From: Desulfosarcina sp.
GTDB taxonomy: Bacteria; Desulfobacterota; Desulfobacteria; Desulfobacterales; Desulfosarcinaceae
Direction of reading: 5' to 3'
NCBI RefSeq assembly: GCF_033791525.1
Contig: NZ_JASJGN010000389.1
Span: 1 to 59,183, forward strand
Length of the DNA: 59,183 bases
Part shown: positions 1-9,777 of the stretch, one piece after another
How the letters are laid out: each line of letters begins with the position of its first letter
How positions within the stretch are numbered: the stretch's first letter is position 1
Position numbers and translations under genes: made by a program
Notes under the pieces: generated by a model
What the model was told of the DNA's origin: nothing
The model's database searches: none
The model's input: the letters and a program-made list of their open reading frames with translations, nothing else

Positions 1-1683
1 ACCAATTTTTTTGGCAATGGCGGTCAGTTTGGGAAACGCCTTTTGATCAGCGGCGCGGATGTGGCCGGCCAGCATGCTGGCCGCAGAAGGAATCCAGTGT
101 TCAAAGGCTTTTTTTTGTTTGATCCGGCTCAAGAACCCGAAGGCCCCCAGCATCTGAAGATTTCGGGTGACGGTGCAGTAGCGGTAGCCCCGGATGAACC
201 GGTCTGGGGCGCATTTCCACAGCCGTGCCACCTGTTCGGCGGCATACCGCAAGAGTCGTCGTTGAAGGTCCGGGTTCAGGCCCGCATAGGGATCAATCAG
301 CAGTGAGGCCAGGTCGTACTGGATCGGGCCGGTTCGCGCTCCCTGAAAGTCGATGAGATAGTGTCGGCCGTCATGAATCATGATGTTGCGGGATTGAAAG
401 TCACGGTGAATCAAGCCGGTGAAGCCGTGGTCGATGGTGCGCGTGGCCAGGAGCTCAAATTCTGCTGCCAGGTCATCATAAGCGACCGCCAAATCCAGGT
501 AGCCGTTTAAAAAGGCATCCACAAAGTAACGGCACTCCTTGTCTCGTATCAGCGGAAGGTCGTAGGCGGTGCTCTGGCAGGTCCAGCCCGGGTCAAAGCT
601 GTCCGCGGCTTTTTTCGTCAGGTCGAAAAGGGTGTCGATGACCTGCCGGTAAAGCGTTTCAACGCCGCTGCCACCCGGTGCTTGTTGCACCATCTGCTGC
701 AGATGGCAGTTCCCCAAATCTTCCAGGAACACCAGCCCACTGAAACCGTCGTGGGCGTGTATTCGGGGAACCGGCAGGCCGCAGGTGTCAAGGTGGGTGC
801 CGATCCTGACGAATGCGTTGACTTCACTGCCCGGCAGAGTGGTGTTGATGCCGTGGTCTGCCAGGATCAACCGGTGTGGGCCGGCGGTCAGGCGGAACCA
901 GCCACGATCGGAACCATCGCCGGTCAATTCACAGCTAAGGATGGCAGCCCCCCGATAATCGGGGAAGGCTGATTGGAATACGCCCGGGGCCATGGCATCC
1001 ACCACCGCCTCCCGGTAGCGATCCGGACTTCCCATGTCCTGCCAGTAATGATTGTGAACCACATGGGCATGGATGGGTATGCCGTCGTCCAGCATCTGCC
1101 GGTAAACGAGAATGATATCGCTGAACCCGTCGTGGGGTATGCGCCGGATCATGCCGGCGTCCATGACGTGAATGCCGGTAAAGGCCATTTTACGGTGGCG
1201 GCCAGGGTCCGCCAGGCTCGAAAAACGCTCGAAACCGGCGATTCGATTCTGCTCATCCACCCACACCTGGTTGAAGGGGGGATGGTCATGCATGACCAGC
1301 GTTACCTGACCGCCACGCATTCGGTGGCGGCGATAAACGTCAGCCAGCTCGATGTCGGTGACGATATCCGCATTGATCACCATGAACGGGTCGTCGTCCC
1401 AATAGCCAGCCAGGTGGCGGATAGCGCCTCCGGTGCCTAAAATTTCCGGCTCAACGCTCAGGGTCACAGGCATTCCAAAATCGTTTTCCGCCAGATAGGA
1501 CTGGATATGATGGGCCAGGTGGTGGGCGTTTACGGCAACAGCGGTGCAGCCGGCGCGTTTCAGGTTGCCCAGCATTCTTCCCAGTACCGGGGTGCCGGCA
1601 ACCGGGAACAGGGCCTTTGGAAATGTCCGGGAGTGGGGTGCCAGCCGGGTGCCGAACCCTGCAGCCAGAATCAGTGCTTTCAT
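1..1683 (-). CDS. Nucleotidyltransferase-phosphotransferase fusion (MurU-like N-terminus + AmgK-like C-terminus); runs off the left edge
   Basis: Absent from the ORF track because it has no stop in the window. My translation from ATG 1683 gives MKALILAAGFGTRL..PKAL (NTP-transferase motif), then GDGSDR, HRDFQSRN and IDFQGA (APH/choline-kinase motifs). ATGA overlap with the plsB stop. Confidence 0.88.
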   Translation of the reverse strand, partial: MKALILAAGFGTRLAPHSRTFPKALFPVAGTPVLGRMLGNLKRAGCTAVAVNAHHLAHHIQSYLAENDFGMPVTLSVEPEILGTGGAIRHLAGYWDDDPFMVINADIVTDIELADVYRRHRMRGGQVTLVMHDHPPFNQVWVDEQNRIAGFERFSSLADPGRHRKMAFTGIHVMDAGMIRRIPHDGFSDIILVYRQMLDDGIPIHAHVVHNHYWQDMGSPDRYREAVVDAMAPGVFQSAFPDYRGAAILSCELTGDGSDRGWFRLTAGPHRLILADHGINTTLPGSEVNAFVRIGTHLDTCGLPVPRIHAHDGFSGLVFLEDLGNCHLQQMVQQAPGGSGVETLYRQVIDTLFDLTKKAADSFDPGWTCQSTAYDLPLIRDKECRYFVDAFLNGYLDLAVAYDDLAAEFELLATRTIDHGFTGLIHRDFQSRNIMIHDGRHYLIDFQGARTGPIQYDLASLLIDPYAGLNPDLQRRLLRYAAEQVARLWKCAPDRFIRGYRYCTVTRNLQMLGAFGFLSRIKQKKAFEHWIPSAASMLAGHIRAADQKAFPKLTAIAKKIG

Positions 1684-4322
1684 GGGCCTAACAGATTCAA
1701 ATAGTTCAGGATGAGTGTTTCGTAATGAGAGATGGCCGCCTCATTTTCATGATTTCTGATGCCGTTGGTGGAAAAATAGCTCAGGCCGTTGGCATAATTG
1801 ACCTTGGAAACCGATTCGATCAGTTCGATCTCCTTGTTTTTTATCATCTGGAGGCCCATGCTCTGAATTTTCTTGAGTTTGTCCTTGGTCTCCATTTTTT
1901 CCTTGCGGTTGGTTCTCAGAAAATGGAGCGCCACCTTATAGGATTGGAAATAAGGCTTTAAAAAGGCGGCAAACAGCTTCAATTTCCGATATCCCGATGA
2001 GGTGATCTGGTAACTATCGGGGATAGTCTGGTGGGGCATGAGCATCGCGTCATCGATAAATGATTTGATGGTTTTTCTCACATAATGTACCGGCGGTCGA
2101 TCCAAATCAAAGGCAAACTCATATTTGAAAAAATCCTGTAAAAAATGGTACTCATTGTGCAATTCGGCGGCATTGAACTGGAAAGCATCCTTTTTCAGAA
2201 TGGCCAGTGCGGTAAAAGCAGCCGGTACGAAATAGGAAATGCAGTTGTTTTTGTAAAATTCCAGCAGTGATCGTTTGGCAACGTTTACTGTGTAGTCGGC
2301 CTGATCTTCCGGCAGGTCCTTGTCTCCGGGCGCTTTTTCAAGCAGTTTGCGCGACAGGTAGCGGTCGATGGCATATTCCATGGCACCGTCCGGGTTGAGA
2401 ATTATCGTGTCTGCCAGCTTGGCGTTTTGGGCAGTGGCGAAGGTCAGGTAAGCATTCACCGCTTCCATCAGTTCCTCTTGGGTGAAGCGGGGCTTGGAAA
2501 TATTCAAGGCGGCGGCGGCCACCAGCCCGTGGGGTGTGACTACGGTCTGCTTGTCGATGGCGTTGATTATCCGCCAGCCCAGATTCCGGCACAGTGCATT
2601 CACATCTTTTTGGGCCATCCGGTCGATTGGCACCGGGGAGTCAGCCAGCAGATCACGGGTAGAGATAGGGTCGTGGAAGTTGATATAGATTTTCCCGTAA
2701 CGTTTTTTCAAAAAACGCCGGGCACGGATCACCTGACCGAGGTTCTCATCTTCTTTTTTCCCGCCTTCCACTTCGTGAACGTAGGCGTGTTCTTCGACAA
2801 TCCGGTCATAGCCGATGTAAACGGGAACGAAGATCATATCTTCGCAGGCGCCATTGCGGTAGGCACCCAGCAGGATCGATATCATCCCCAGTTTGGGAAT
2901 GAGCAGTTTGCCGGTTCGGCTCCTTCCCCCCTCGATGAACAGCTCGATATGAAAGCCCTCTTCCAAGAGTTTATGAATATAGGCGGAAAAGACCCGGGCA
3001 TAAAGCACCGCCCCCCTGAAGGTCCGTCGCAGAAAAAAGGCTCCCCCTCCTCGAAAAATAGGGCCCAGCGGCCAGAAAGAGAGGTTCTTACCTGCGGCAA
3101 TATGCGGGCAGGGCATGTTATTCTGGTAAAGCACGTAGGACAGGATTAGATAGTCGATATGGCTCTTGTGGCAGGGCATGAGGATCAGCGGACCTTTTCT
3201 GGAGATGGCCTTGACCCGTGCCAGGCCGGCCCGGTCGATGACGGCCCCGTCGAACATGGAGTTGATGATCCACCCCACCACCGATGACATGATGCGGATC
3301 ACGGTTGGGCTATAGCGTGCGGCGATTTCATCCAGATAACCGTCTGCTTTTTTTCGGATTTTATAGATGGGCTCCTGTCGGGATGCGGCATGTTTTTTAA
3401 TGAAATTTCCCATCCGGTCGCCGGTGAGGATGGATTCTTTCAGCTCTTCGTTGGATTTCAAGATCGGTCCGGTGATACTCTGCCGGTGACGGTTGTTCTT
3501 CAACAGGAGCTTGCGTCGCAGCTGAAGCGCCTGATAATCGATGGTTTTATCCGGTTGTGCGGATTGGCTGAGCCACTGCTGCAGGTTCAGCGGCTGGGAA
3601 AGCTCCACAAAAATTTTACCAGGATACCGAATCAGGGTGACGATCTTTCGGACCACTCCCGGACGTTGTGACGTGCCGAAAAAAGAGTCCACTAAACCGG
3701 GAACGGCAGGCAGGGGCTTCTTGCCGAAAAACATCAGCTGGGGAACCAGGTAGATAGGCCTGTCAATCTCTTTTTGCATCTGGATCAGGTAACTCAGCGG
3801 ATCGGTTTTCTCCTTGACGAACCGGCGATAATACCCTTTTTTTTCAACCAGAGAGAGTAAGCCACAACCCGATTCTAAAAGGGCACGTTTGTAGTAACCA
3901 CTGCGATAGGGGTCCTGGATCCGGTGCCGTTGAACCAGCTCATCCAGGTAGGCCAGGCAGATGCGGAATACCCGCGACAGCGGCTGCCAGAAATAGATGT
4001 CGAAATCGAAGGCCAGTTGCGGCACCGGCAGGCGCAATTGTCGATACCGGGTATGGGCAAAGAGAAATTCGAAGCGGCTCTTATATTTGGTTGTATAGAC
4101 GACGATAGCCCCATCGGGGATGTTATTAATGATGTCCGCCTGTTCACCGCCCATGAAAACCCCTGAGAACAGGCGATTCAGAAAAAAAGCCGAGATGGTC
4201 CCGGTCGGTGATGGCAGAAAACAGAAATAGTGGTCGAGTGAATGCCTAAGCAGCCGGTTGATCCACTCGTGAATCTTCAGCACAATTGAAGCAATCAGGT
4301 GTTTTTTTGGATTGTTTATCAT
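1680..4322 (-). CDS. plsB: Glycerol-3-phosphate O-acyltransferase (PlsB family)
   Basis: 880 aa; acyltransferase blocks HKSHIDY (HxxxxD), GAFFLRR and FIEGGRSRTG. Confidence 0.88.
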   Translation of the reverse strand: MINNPKKHLIASIVLKIHEWINRLLRHSLDHYFCFLPSPTGTISAFFLNRLFSGVFMGGEQADIINNIPDGAIVVYTTKYKSRFEFLFAHTRYRQLRLPVPQLAFDFDIYFWQPLSRVFRICLAYLDELVQRHRIQDPYRSGYYKRALLESGCGLLSLVEKKGYYRRFVKEKTDPLSYLIQMQKEIDRPIYLVPQLMFFGKKPLPAVPGLVDSFFGTSQRPGVVRKIVTLIRYPGKIFVELSQPLNLQQWLSQSAQPDKTIDYQALQLRRKLLLKNNRHRQSITGPILKSNEELKESILTGDRMGNFIKKHAASRQEPIYKIRKKADGYLDEIAARYSPTVIRIMSSVVGWIINSMFDGAVIDRAGLARVKAISRKGPLILMPCHKSHIDYLILSYVLYQNNMPCPHIAAGKNLSFWPLGPIFRGGGAFFLRRTFRGAVLYARVFSAYIHKLLEEGFHIELFIEGGRSRTGKLLIPKLGMISILLGAYRNGACEDMIFVPVYIGYDRIVEEHAYVHEVEGGKKEDENLGQVIRARRFLKKRYGKIYINFHDPISTRDLLADSPVPIDRMAQKDVNALCRNLGWRIINAIDKQTVVTPHGLVAAAALNISKPRFTQEELMEAVNAYLTFATAQNAKLADTIILNPDGAMEYAIDRYLSRKLLEKAPGDKDLPEDQADYTVNVAKRSLLEFYKNNCISYFVPAAFTALAILKKDAFQFNAAELHNEYHFLQDFFKYEFAFDLDRPPVHYVRKTIKSFIDDAMLMPHQTIPDSYQITSSGYRKLKLFAAFLKPYFQSYKVALHFLRTNRKEKMETKDKLKKIQSMGLQMIKNKEIELIESVSKVNYANGLSYFSTNGIRNHENEAAISHYETLILNYLNLLGP

Positions 4323-4665
4323 TTGAGAATGGTAGATTCCAAGAAGGCTGGACGTTGATGATATTTAAAAAAAATAACAGAAGCCTTGACCCTTTGCAAC
4401 GCCATATTCAACGGAGAAAAATATGCTTGCGCTGCTCCGGCTTCTATGTTATTTCCATAATACTTGATAGCGTCACCGCCAGGTTGCTATCTAATTGAAA
4501 TCCCATTGATATTCTAAAATACACGCAGCGTTCGACAACCGCCGGAGAAAACGAAGATAATTGCCAAGCACGTCGAGCCATCGCAGCGTCATGTGCACGG
4601 ATGGATCGATGAATCCATTTTAAACTGTCTAACTCAAAAAGGTTAAAGAAGGAGGATGATTTTCT

Positions 4666-4947
4666 ATGAAAACGTTAATTGGTGGAGCAGTGGCAGCAGT
4701 CTTAGGCTTGATCGGTCTGTCGGTGTGGTTTGGTGAATTTCTTCAACTTCTGGCCGGCGCGATTCCGGTGATGCTGTTGCTCGGCGGCGGTCTTGCTCTC
4801 TATCTGGGGTTCGATGAACTCAAAGATACCTGGAAAAAAGACGACAGTTCCGCTGATGACGTCGCCGCCGATGACGATGCCGAGAAGTACAAGAAAGAGA
4901 TTGACGAACTCAAGAAAGAGATTGAGACGTTGAAAACCGAAAAATAA
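4666..4947 (+). CDS. Small two-TM membrane protein with acidic/coiled-coil tail (MamI-like N-terminus)
   Basis: Strong RBS AAGGAGG, 93 aa, two hydrophobic Gly-rich segments, tail KKEIDELKKEIETLK, followed by a terminator. Confidence 0.8.
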   Translation: MKTLIGGAVAAVLGLIGLSVWFGEFLQLLAGAIPVMLLLGGGLALYLGFDELKDTWKKDDSSADDVAADDDAEKYKKEIDELKKEIETLKTEK

Positions 4948-4976
4948 ATACGCCTACCTTCCGAAATTTGAATGTT

Positions 4977-5010
4977 GCCCCGAACGGCTTGCCGGTCGGG
5001 GCTTTTTATT
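4977..5010 (+). terminator. Rho-independent terminator
   Basis: GCCCCGA...TCGGGGC stem followed by TTTTTATTT. Confidence 0.8.
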
Positions 5011-5014
5011 TGTA

Positions 5015-5243
5015 CCCAAACTGAGCGATTCACCTTTCTCGAAGAAGGTCGATTGGTAACGATCACGGTTGGGTACCATCGATTGTTGTCTTCAAAAAGT
5101 GAAACCCATTGGGTTTGCCGATCTTTATCCGCCTCAGGCGGATCACCACATCTTCGGCGTTAGCTATCGCCGCGCATAGTCCACTATAGCGCAACGACAT
5201 CTGCCTTGAATCTGCGGCAACCTCGACAATCGCTCAGTTTGGG
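5015..5243. mobile_element. MITE-like element, 229 bp
   Basis: Perfect terminal inverted repeats CCCAAACTGAGCGATT (5015-5030) and AATCGCTCAGTTTGGG (5228-5243), flanked by direct repeat TTGTA (5010-5014, 5244-5248). No transposase. Confidence 0.75.
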
Positions 5244-6415
5244 TTGTAGATATATATCGTTTCAAGCATTTTCGTGTATGCCGATAGGGACGCTTCCCAG
5301 CCCGAAATGATCTCCGTCAACGGCGTTCCTGCTTCGATCTGAAGCCTGATCTGGCGGTCACCAAGTATCAAGTCCATGGGCAGTCGGTTGTATTCGTACT
5401 CGTAAGGTGGCTGCTTGTAGGCAAAGCGGTCGGGCCAGCATTGGTATATGGCCTGATAGCATGCCAGTGACAGGGCGTAGGGTGAATAGACACCCGGGTC
5501 AATGATATGGATTTGAAACCCTTTGCACGGATGCCCCCCCCATTTGTTAGACGTGGGCTCGAATTCAACGGGCCTGAGCACGACCCCGCTCAACAGCCTC
5601 GTGTCGATCTTCTCCATCAGTTGCTCGGGCGCTAAAAACGGCGCCCCAAACAGCTCGAAGGGTTGGGTGGTGCCCCGGCCTTCCGAGATATTGGTGCCTT
5701 CCCAGATCACCTGGCCCGGGTAGACCATGGCGGACGCCGGTGTGGGCAGGTTGGGCGACGGCGCCACCCAGGGCAGGCCGGTCTGGCTGAACGTCATCGC
5801 TCTTTTCCAGCCTCGCATGGAAACTACCTCGAGGTCGCAGCCGATGCCAAAGCGGGTGTTGAACAGGACCGCCAGTTCGCCGATGGTCAGGCCATGGCGC
5901 ATGGGGATGGGGTAGCGGCCCACGAAAGAGGTACAATCGGGGACCAGCAGATTTCCTTCCGCCCGAAGCCCGCCCAACGGATTGGGCCGATCCAGGACGA
6001 TGATCTTTTTATGGTATTGCCGTGCTGCCTCCATGCAGTGGGAGAGGGTGTAGATGAAGGTGTATACCCGGGTTCCCACATCCTGAAGATCCACCAGCAT
6101 GACGTCTATGGGGTCCATCATGGAACGTGTGGGAATGCGGGTGTCTCCGTAAAGGGAAAACACCGGCAAGCCGGTCACCGGATCCAACCGGTCGGCGGAT
6201 TCGATCATATTATCCTGCCTTTCCGCGTAAAAGCCGTGCTGGGGGGAATACAGGGCTTTTAGCTGACCCGGAAAGGCCCGTCGAATCCGTTCACGGGCAT
6301 GCGTGTAACGGCTGTCCACCGATGCCGGATTGCACAGCAATCCGATACGCTGGTGTTTCAATGACGCGGGAGGCGAATCGGAAAATAGGTCGAGACCGGT
6401 CTTAACCGCTGTCAT
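5234..6415 (-). CDS. namZ: Exo-beta-N-acetylmuramidase NamZ (DUF1343 family)
   Basis: Motifs SPQHGF, SLYG, DLQDVGTRVYTF, LDRPNPLGG, PSPNLP and SEGRGTTQPFE. Start moved to ATG 6415 (MTAVKTG). Confidence 0.85.
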   Translation of the reverse strand: MTAVKTGLDLFSDSPPASLKHQRIGLLCNPASVDSRYTHARERIRRAFPGQLKALYSPQHGFYAERQDNMIESADRLDPVTGLPVFSLYGDTRIPTRSMMDPIDVMLVDLQDVGTRVYTFIYTLSHCMEAARQYHKKIIVLDRPNPLGGLRAEGNLLVPDCTSFVGRYPIPMRHGLTIGELAVLFNTRFGIGCDLEVVSMRGWKRAMTFSQTGLPWVAPSPNLPTPASAMVYPGQVIWEGTNISEGRGTTQPFELFGAPFLAPEQLMEKIDTRLLSGVVLRPVEFEPTSNKWGGHPCKGFQIHIIDPGVYSPYALSLACYQAIYQCWPDRFAYKQPPYEYEYNRLPMDLILGDRQIRLQIEAGTPLTEIISGWEASLSAYTKMLETIYIYNPN

Positions 6416-6523
6416 CTGGATCGATCCTTTGCTGGGATGGTGTTCACAGCGAATAGCGCCATTGTCTTTTAGCACAACCCATCAGCCAGTAAAAGGCGAA
6501 ATCCATCGACAGGCCCAAATCCC

Positions 6524-6554
6524 TTGACACAGCCGGTTTTTGAAAATATGTAAT
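6524..6554 (+). promoter_or_regulatory. Candidate sigma70 promoter for the oxidoreductase operon
   Basis: Perfect TTGACA at 6524-6529 followed by AT-rich AATATGTAAT; the -10 match is imperfect. Confidence 0.4.
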
Positions 6555-6668
6555 TCATTTCTCGTTTTGTACTACCGAAAACAGGCCGCATGATTCCGAT
6601 ATCTTCTGGTGTGCATACGCCACTTGCCGGACGGCGATGTCAACGATTAACAAGGGGCCCATTGTCAG

Positions 6669-7382
6669 TTGGAACTTGAACTCAGCGGTATCGTGATCAT
6701 TGTCGGCGCATACGGCAGCGGAAAAACCGAGGTGGCCATCAACCTCGCCGTTCACATGAATGCAAAGGGAACAGCGGTTCGGTTGGCCGACCTAGATCTG
6801 GTCAATCCCTATTTCAGGATCCGGGAAGCCCGCCAGGCGCTGCGACGCCTTGGCATCGACGTGGTGCTGCCGCCCGCCCGGTATATGCAGGCAGACCTGC
6901 CCATCCTTACGCCCGAGGTGTCCGGCATGCTGAGACATCCGTCGGGGCTGACCCTGCTGGATGTGGGGGGAGACGACGTGGGGGCGACGGTCCTGGCCGC
7001 GCTTGCCGATGCAATGGAGGGGAAAACGCTGCAGGTGCTTCAGGTGATCAATCCCAATCGCCCTTACACGGATACGGTAAGTGGCTGCCTGAAAATGCGC
7101 GAAGCGATCGAGGCCAAGGCGAGGATGACGATCACCGGCATCATTGGCAATGCCAACTTCATGGAAAAGACCACCGAACAGGATATACTGGCGGGGTACG
7201 CATTTTCCAAAAACGTGGCTGAGGCCGCCGACATACCCCTTGTGTTCATCACCACACCGGCGGCACTGTTGACCCGGCTTGACAAAAAGGATATCCATTG
7301 CCCGGTGCTTGCGCTGAGGCGGCAGTTGGTGCCACCCTGGAGGCAGGCTGATACCTTGGGCGCATCGGGGTCAAACGGCTGA
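6669..7382 (+). CDS. P-loop NTPase (CobQ/MinD-like), typical neighbour of Vor-type oxidoreductase operons
   Basis: GAYGSGKTE Walker A, DLDLVNPYFR, LDVGGDDVGA; TTG start. Confidence 0.8.
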   Translation: MELELSGIVIIVGAYGSGKTEVAINLAVHMNAKGTAVRLADLDLVNPYFRIREARQALRRLGIDVVLPPARYMQADLPILTPEVSGMLRHPSGLTLLDVGGDDVGATVLAALADAMEGKTLQVLQVINPNRPYTDTVSGCLKMREAIEAKARMTITGIIGNANFMEKTTEQDILAGYAFSKNVAEAADIPLVFITTPAALLTRLDKKDIHCPVLALRRQLVPPWRQADTLGASGSNG

Positions 7383-7626
7383 ACCGCAATGGCGCGTGCA
7401 TTGCCCGTCGCTTGTTGGCGCGAAGCAAAAATCCCGCTTATCGGGGTCGGAGCGAAGCAGAGATACCGAGCATCGGTGCCGCGGGGAGGGCTCAATCTGC
7501 CAAAAGGGCATCACGACCGCCCTGACGCAGCACGCGACCAACCACCGGCATGCCGGCCATCCAAAGGCACGGCATCGCCGCATTTCCAATGGAACACGGT
7601 TCCATCGCGATAAGGAGCAGGTATTC

Positions 7627-7851
7627 ATGGCGTATCAACACAACATCGAAAAGAACCGCTGCAAAGGCTGCGGCCTGTGCATCACCGTATGTCCAAAAAA
7701 TGTTCTGGAAATTTCTCCCGATGTGAATGCGAAAGGCTACTACCCGGCATTTCAGGCGCGTCCGGACGATTGCATCCACTGCACCATGTGCTGCATCATG
7801 TGCCCGGATGTGGCCATAACCATCAAAGAAACCGAAGAACCGAACGCCTAA
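7627..7851 (+). CDS. 2x[4Fe-4S] ferredoxin (oxidoreductase delta subunit)
   Basis: RBS AAGGAG before ATG 7627; CKGCGLCITVCP and CIHCTMCCIMCP. Confidence 0.92.
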   Translation: MAYQHNIEKNRCKGCGLCITVCPKNVLEISPDVNAKGYYPAFQARPDDCIHCTMCCIMCPDVAITIKETEEPNA

Positions 7852-7873
7852 GGGCGGTAAATGGAGGAGTACC

Positions 7874-8944
7874 ATGGCAAAGGTATTGATGAAGGGAAAT
7901 GAGGCCATCGGTGAAGCAGCCATCAGGGCCGGTTGCCTGAACTACTTCGCCTATCCCATCACCCCGCAGTCCGAAGTGGCGGAATATCTGGTCCGTCGCA
8001 TGCCGGAGGTCGGGGGTGTTTTTCTGCAAGGGGAGAGCGAGGTGGCTGTGGGCTACATGATTTTTGGGGCCGCCGGAGCCGGTGAACGGGTCTTTACCAC
8101 CTCCTCCAGTCCGGGAATCAGCCTCATGAGCGAAGCCATCAGCTACATTGCCGCGGCCCAGTGCCCGGCTGTCTTTGTGAACATCATGCGCGGCGGACCA
8201 GGGTTGGGCGGTATTTTGCCTTCCCAGGCGGACTATCTTCAGGCCACCAAGGGCATCGGCCACGGCGACTGCCGCCTGCTGGTGATGGCGCCGGCCAGCG
8301 TTCAGGAGGCCGTCGAAATGGTCATGAAAGCCTTTCCCCTGGCTGAAAAATACCGCAATCCGGTGATGATTCTGGGCGACGGCCTCATCGGGCAGATGAT
8401 GGAACCGGTGGAATTCCCCGACCATCTAAAAACGGAGCCTACCAACAAGGATGCATGGGCCACCAACGGAATGGATCACCGCAAGGCCAACACCCGCAAT
8501 CTGGTCAAATCCCTGTTTTTGGACCCGGTTCAGCTCAACGACAACAACCTGGCCCTGAAAGCCAAGTATGACCGCATGCGTGCCGAAGAGGTGATGTCCG
8601 AATCCTACCATACCGACGGCGATTACAAGGGGCTCATCGTCAGCTACGGCACGATGAGCCGGGTGTGCCGCACGGCCATCGACATGTTGGCGGCCGACGG
8701 CATCGACGTGGGTATGGTCCGCCCCCAGACGGTCTTTCCGTTTCCTGAACAGGCCGTTGCGGAGGCAGCGAATAAACCGTCGTGCACCCACGTGCTGAGC
8801 ATCGAGATGAGCATGGGCCAGATGATCGAGGATGTGGAGCGCAGCGTCCAGGGGCGGGTTCCGGTCAGCTGGTACGGCAAGTGTGGCGGTGATATCCCGA
8901 CCCCCGAAGAGGTCATCGACGTGGTAAAGGAACGTATCGCCTGA
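7874..8944 (+). CDS. vorB: 2-oxoacid:ferredoxin oxidoreductase alpha subunit (VorB type)
   Basis: MKGNEAIGEAA, YPITPQSE, TTSSSPGISL, RGGPGLG. Confidence 0.88.
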   Translation: MAKVLMKGNEAIGEAAIRAGCLNYFAYPITPQSEVAEYLVRRMPEVGGVFLQGESEVAVGYMIFGAAGAGERVFTTSSSPGISLMSEAISYIAAAQCPAVFVNIMRGGPGLGGILPSQADYLQATKGIGHGDCRLLVMAPASVQEAVEMVMKAFPLAEKYRNPVMILGDGLIGQMMEPVEFPDHLKTEPTNKDAWATNGMDHRKANTRNLVKSLFLDPVQLNDNNLALKAKYDRMRAEEVMSESYHTDGDYKGLIVSYGTMSRVCRTAIDMLAADGIDVGMVRPQTVFPFPEQAVAEAANKPSCTHVLSIEMSMGQMIEDVERSVQGRVPVSWYGKCGGDIPTPEEVIDVVKERIA

Positions 8945-8998
8945 TCGACGCGCAATCCCCAACGAATTTCAGGCTCACAAGCAAGGAGTATAGCTAAA

Positions 8999-9736
8999 AT
9001 GGGAAAGACGTTTAAAAAACCGGAGTCCCTCTCCGATGCCCACACCCACTACTGTCCGGGATGCACCCACGGCGTGATCCACCGGCTGGTGGCCGAGACC
9101 ATCGACGAACTGGGCATCCGCGGTCGCACGGTGGGCATCGCCCCCGTCGGCTGTGCCGTGCTGGCCTACAACTACTTCAACTTTGACTTTCAGGAGGCGG
9201 CCCACGGCCGTGCACCTGCCATGGCCACGGGCATCAAGCGGGTGCGACCCGATCTGATGGTATTCACCTATCAGGGTGACGGTGACCTGGCCAGCATCGG
9301 CATGGGCGAGATCATCCACGCGGCTAACCGGGGCGAAAAATTCACCACTATTTTCGTCAACAACGCCATCTACGGGATGACTGGCGGCCAGATGGCGCCC
9401 ACCACCATGCCGGGGCAGCGAACCAGTACCTCCCCCTTCGGCAGAAATGTCGACGAGGTGGGCATGCCCATCAAGATGGCTGAGCTGCTGGCTGCCCTGC
9501 AGACACCGGCCTACATCAGCCGCCAGACCGTGATCAAGCCAAAATATATCACAAAAGCTAAAAAAGCGATAAAACAGGCGTTTACCTATCAATTAGAGAA
9601 CAAATGCTTCAGCCTTGTCGAGTTGGTCAGCACCTGTCCCACCAACTGGGGGATGACTCCGGTTCAAGCAGTGGAATGGACCGAAAAGACGTTGCTGGCA
9701 TACTACCAACCGGGGGACTACAAAGTTCCGGCATGA
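8999..9736 (+). CDS. 2-oxoacid:ferredoxin oxidoreductase beta subunit (TPP-binding)
   Basis: YCPGCTHG, HGRAPA, GDGD...NNAIYGMTGGQ, SxCPTNW. Confidence 0.9.
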   Translation: MGKTFKKPESLSDAHTHYCPGCTHGVIHRLVAETIDELGIRGRTVGIAPVGCAVLAYNYFNFDFQEAAHGRAPAMATGIKRVRPDLMVFTYQGDGDLASIGMGEIIHAANRGEKFTTIFVNNAIYGMTGGQMAPTTMPGQRTSTSPFGRNVDEVGMPIKMAELLAALQTPAYISRQTVIKPKYITKAKKAIKQAFTYQLENKCFSLVELVSTCPTNWGMTPVQAVEWTEKTLLAYYQPGDYKVPA

Positions 9737-9777
9737 CGAGAGGATCAGCCATGCTGGACGGGACTGAAGGAGGCACA

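Noticed and set aside
4666-4947. Evidence for a magnetosome island
   Set aside because: No other mam, mad or feo genes are in the window and the neighbours are housekeeping genes.
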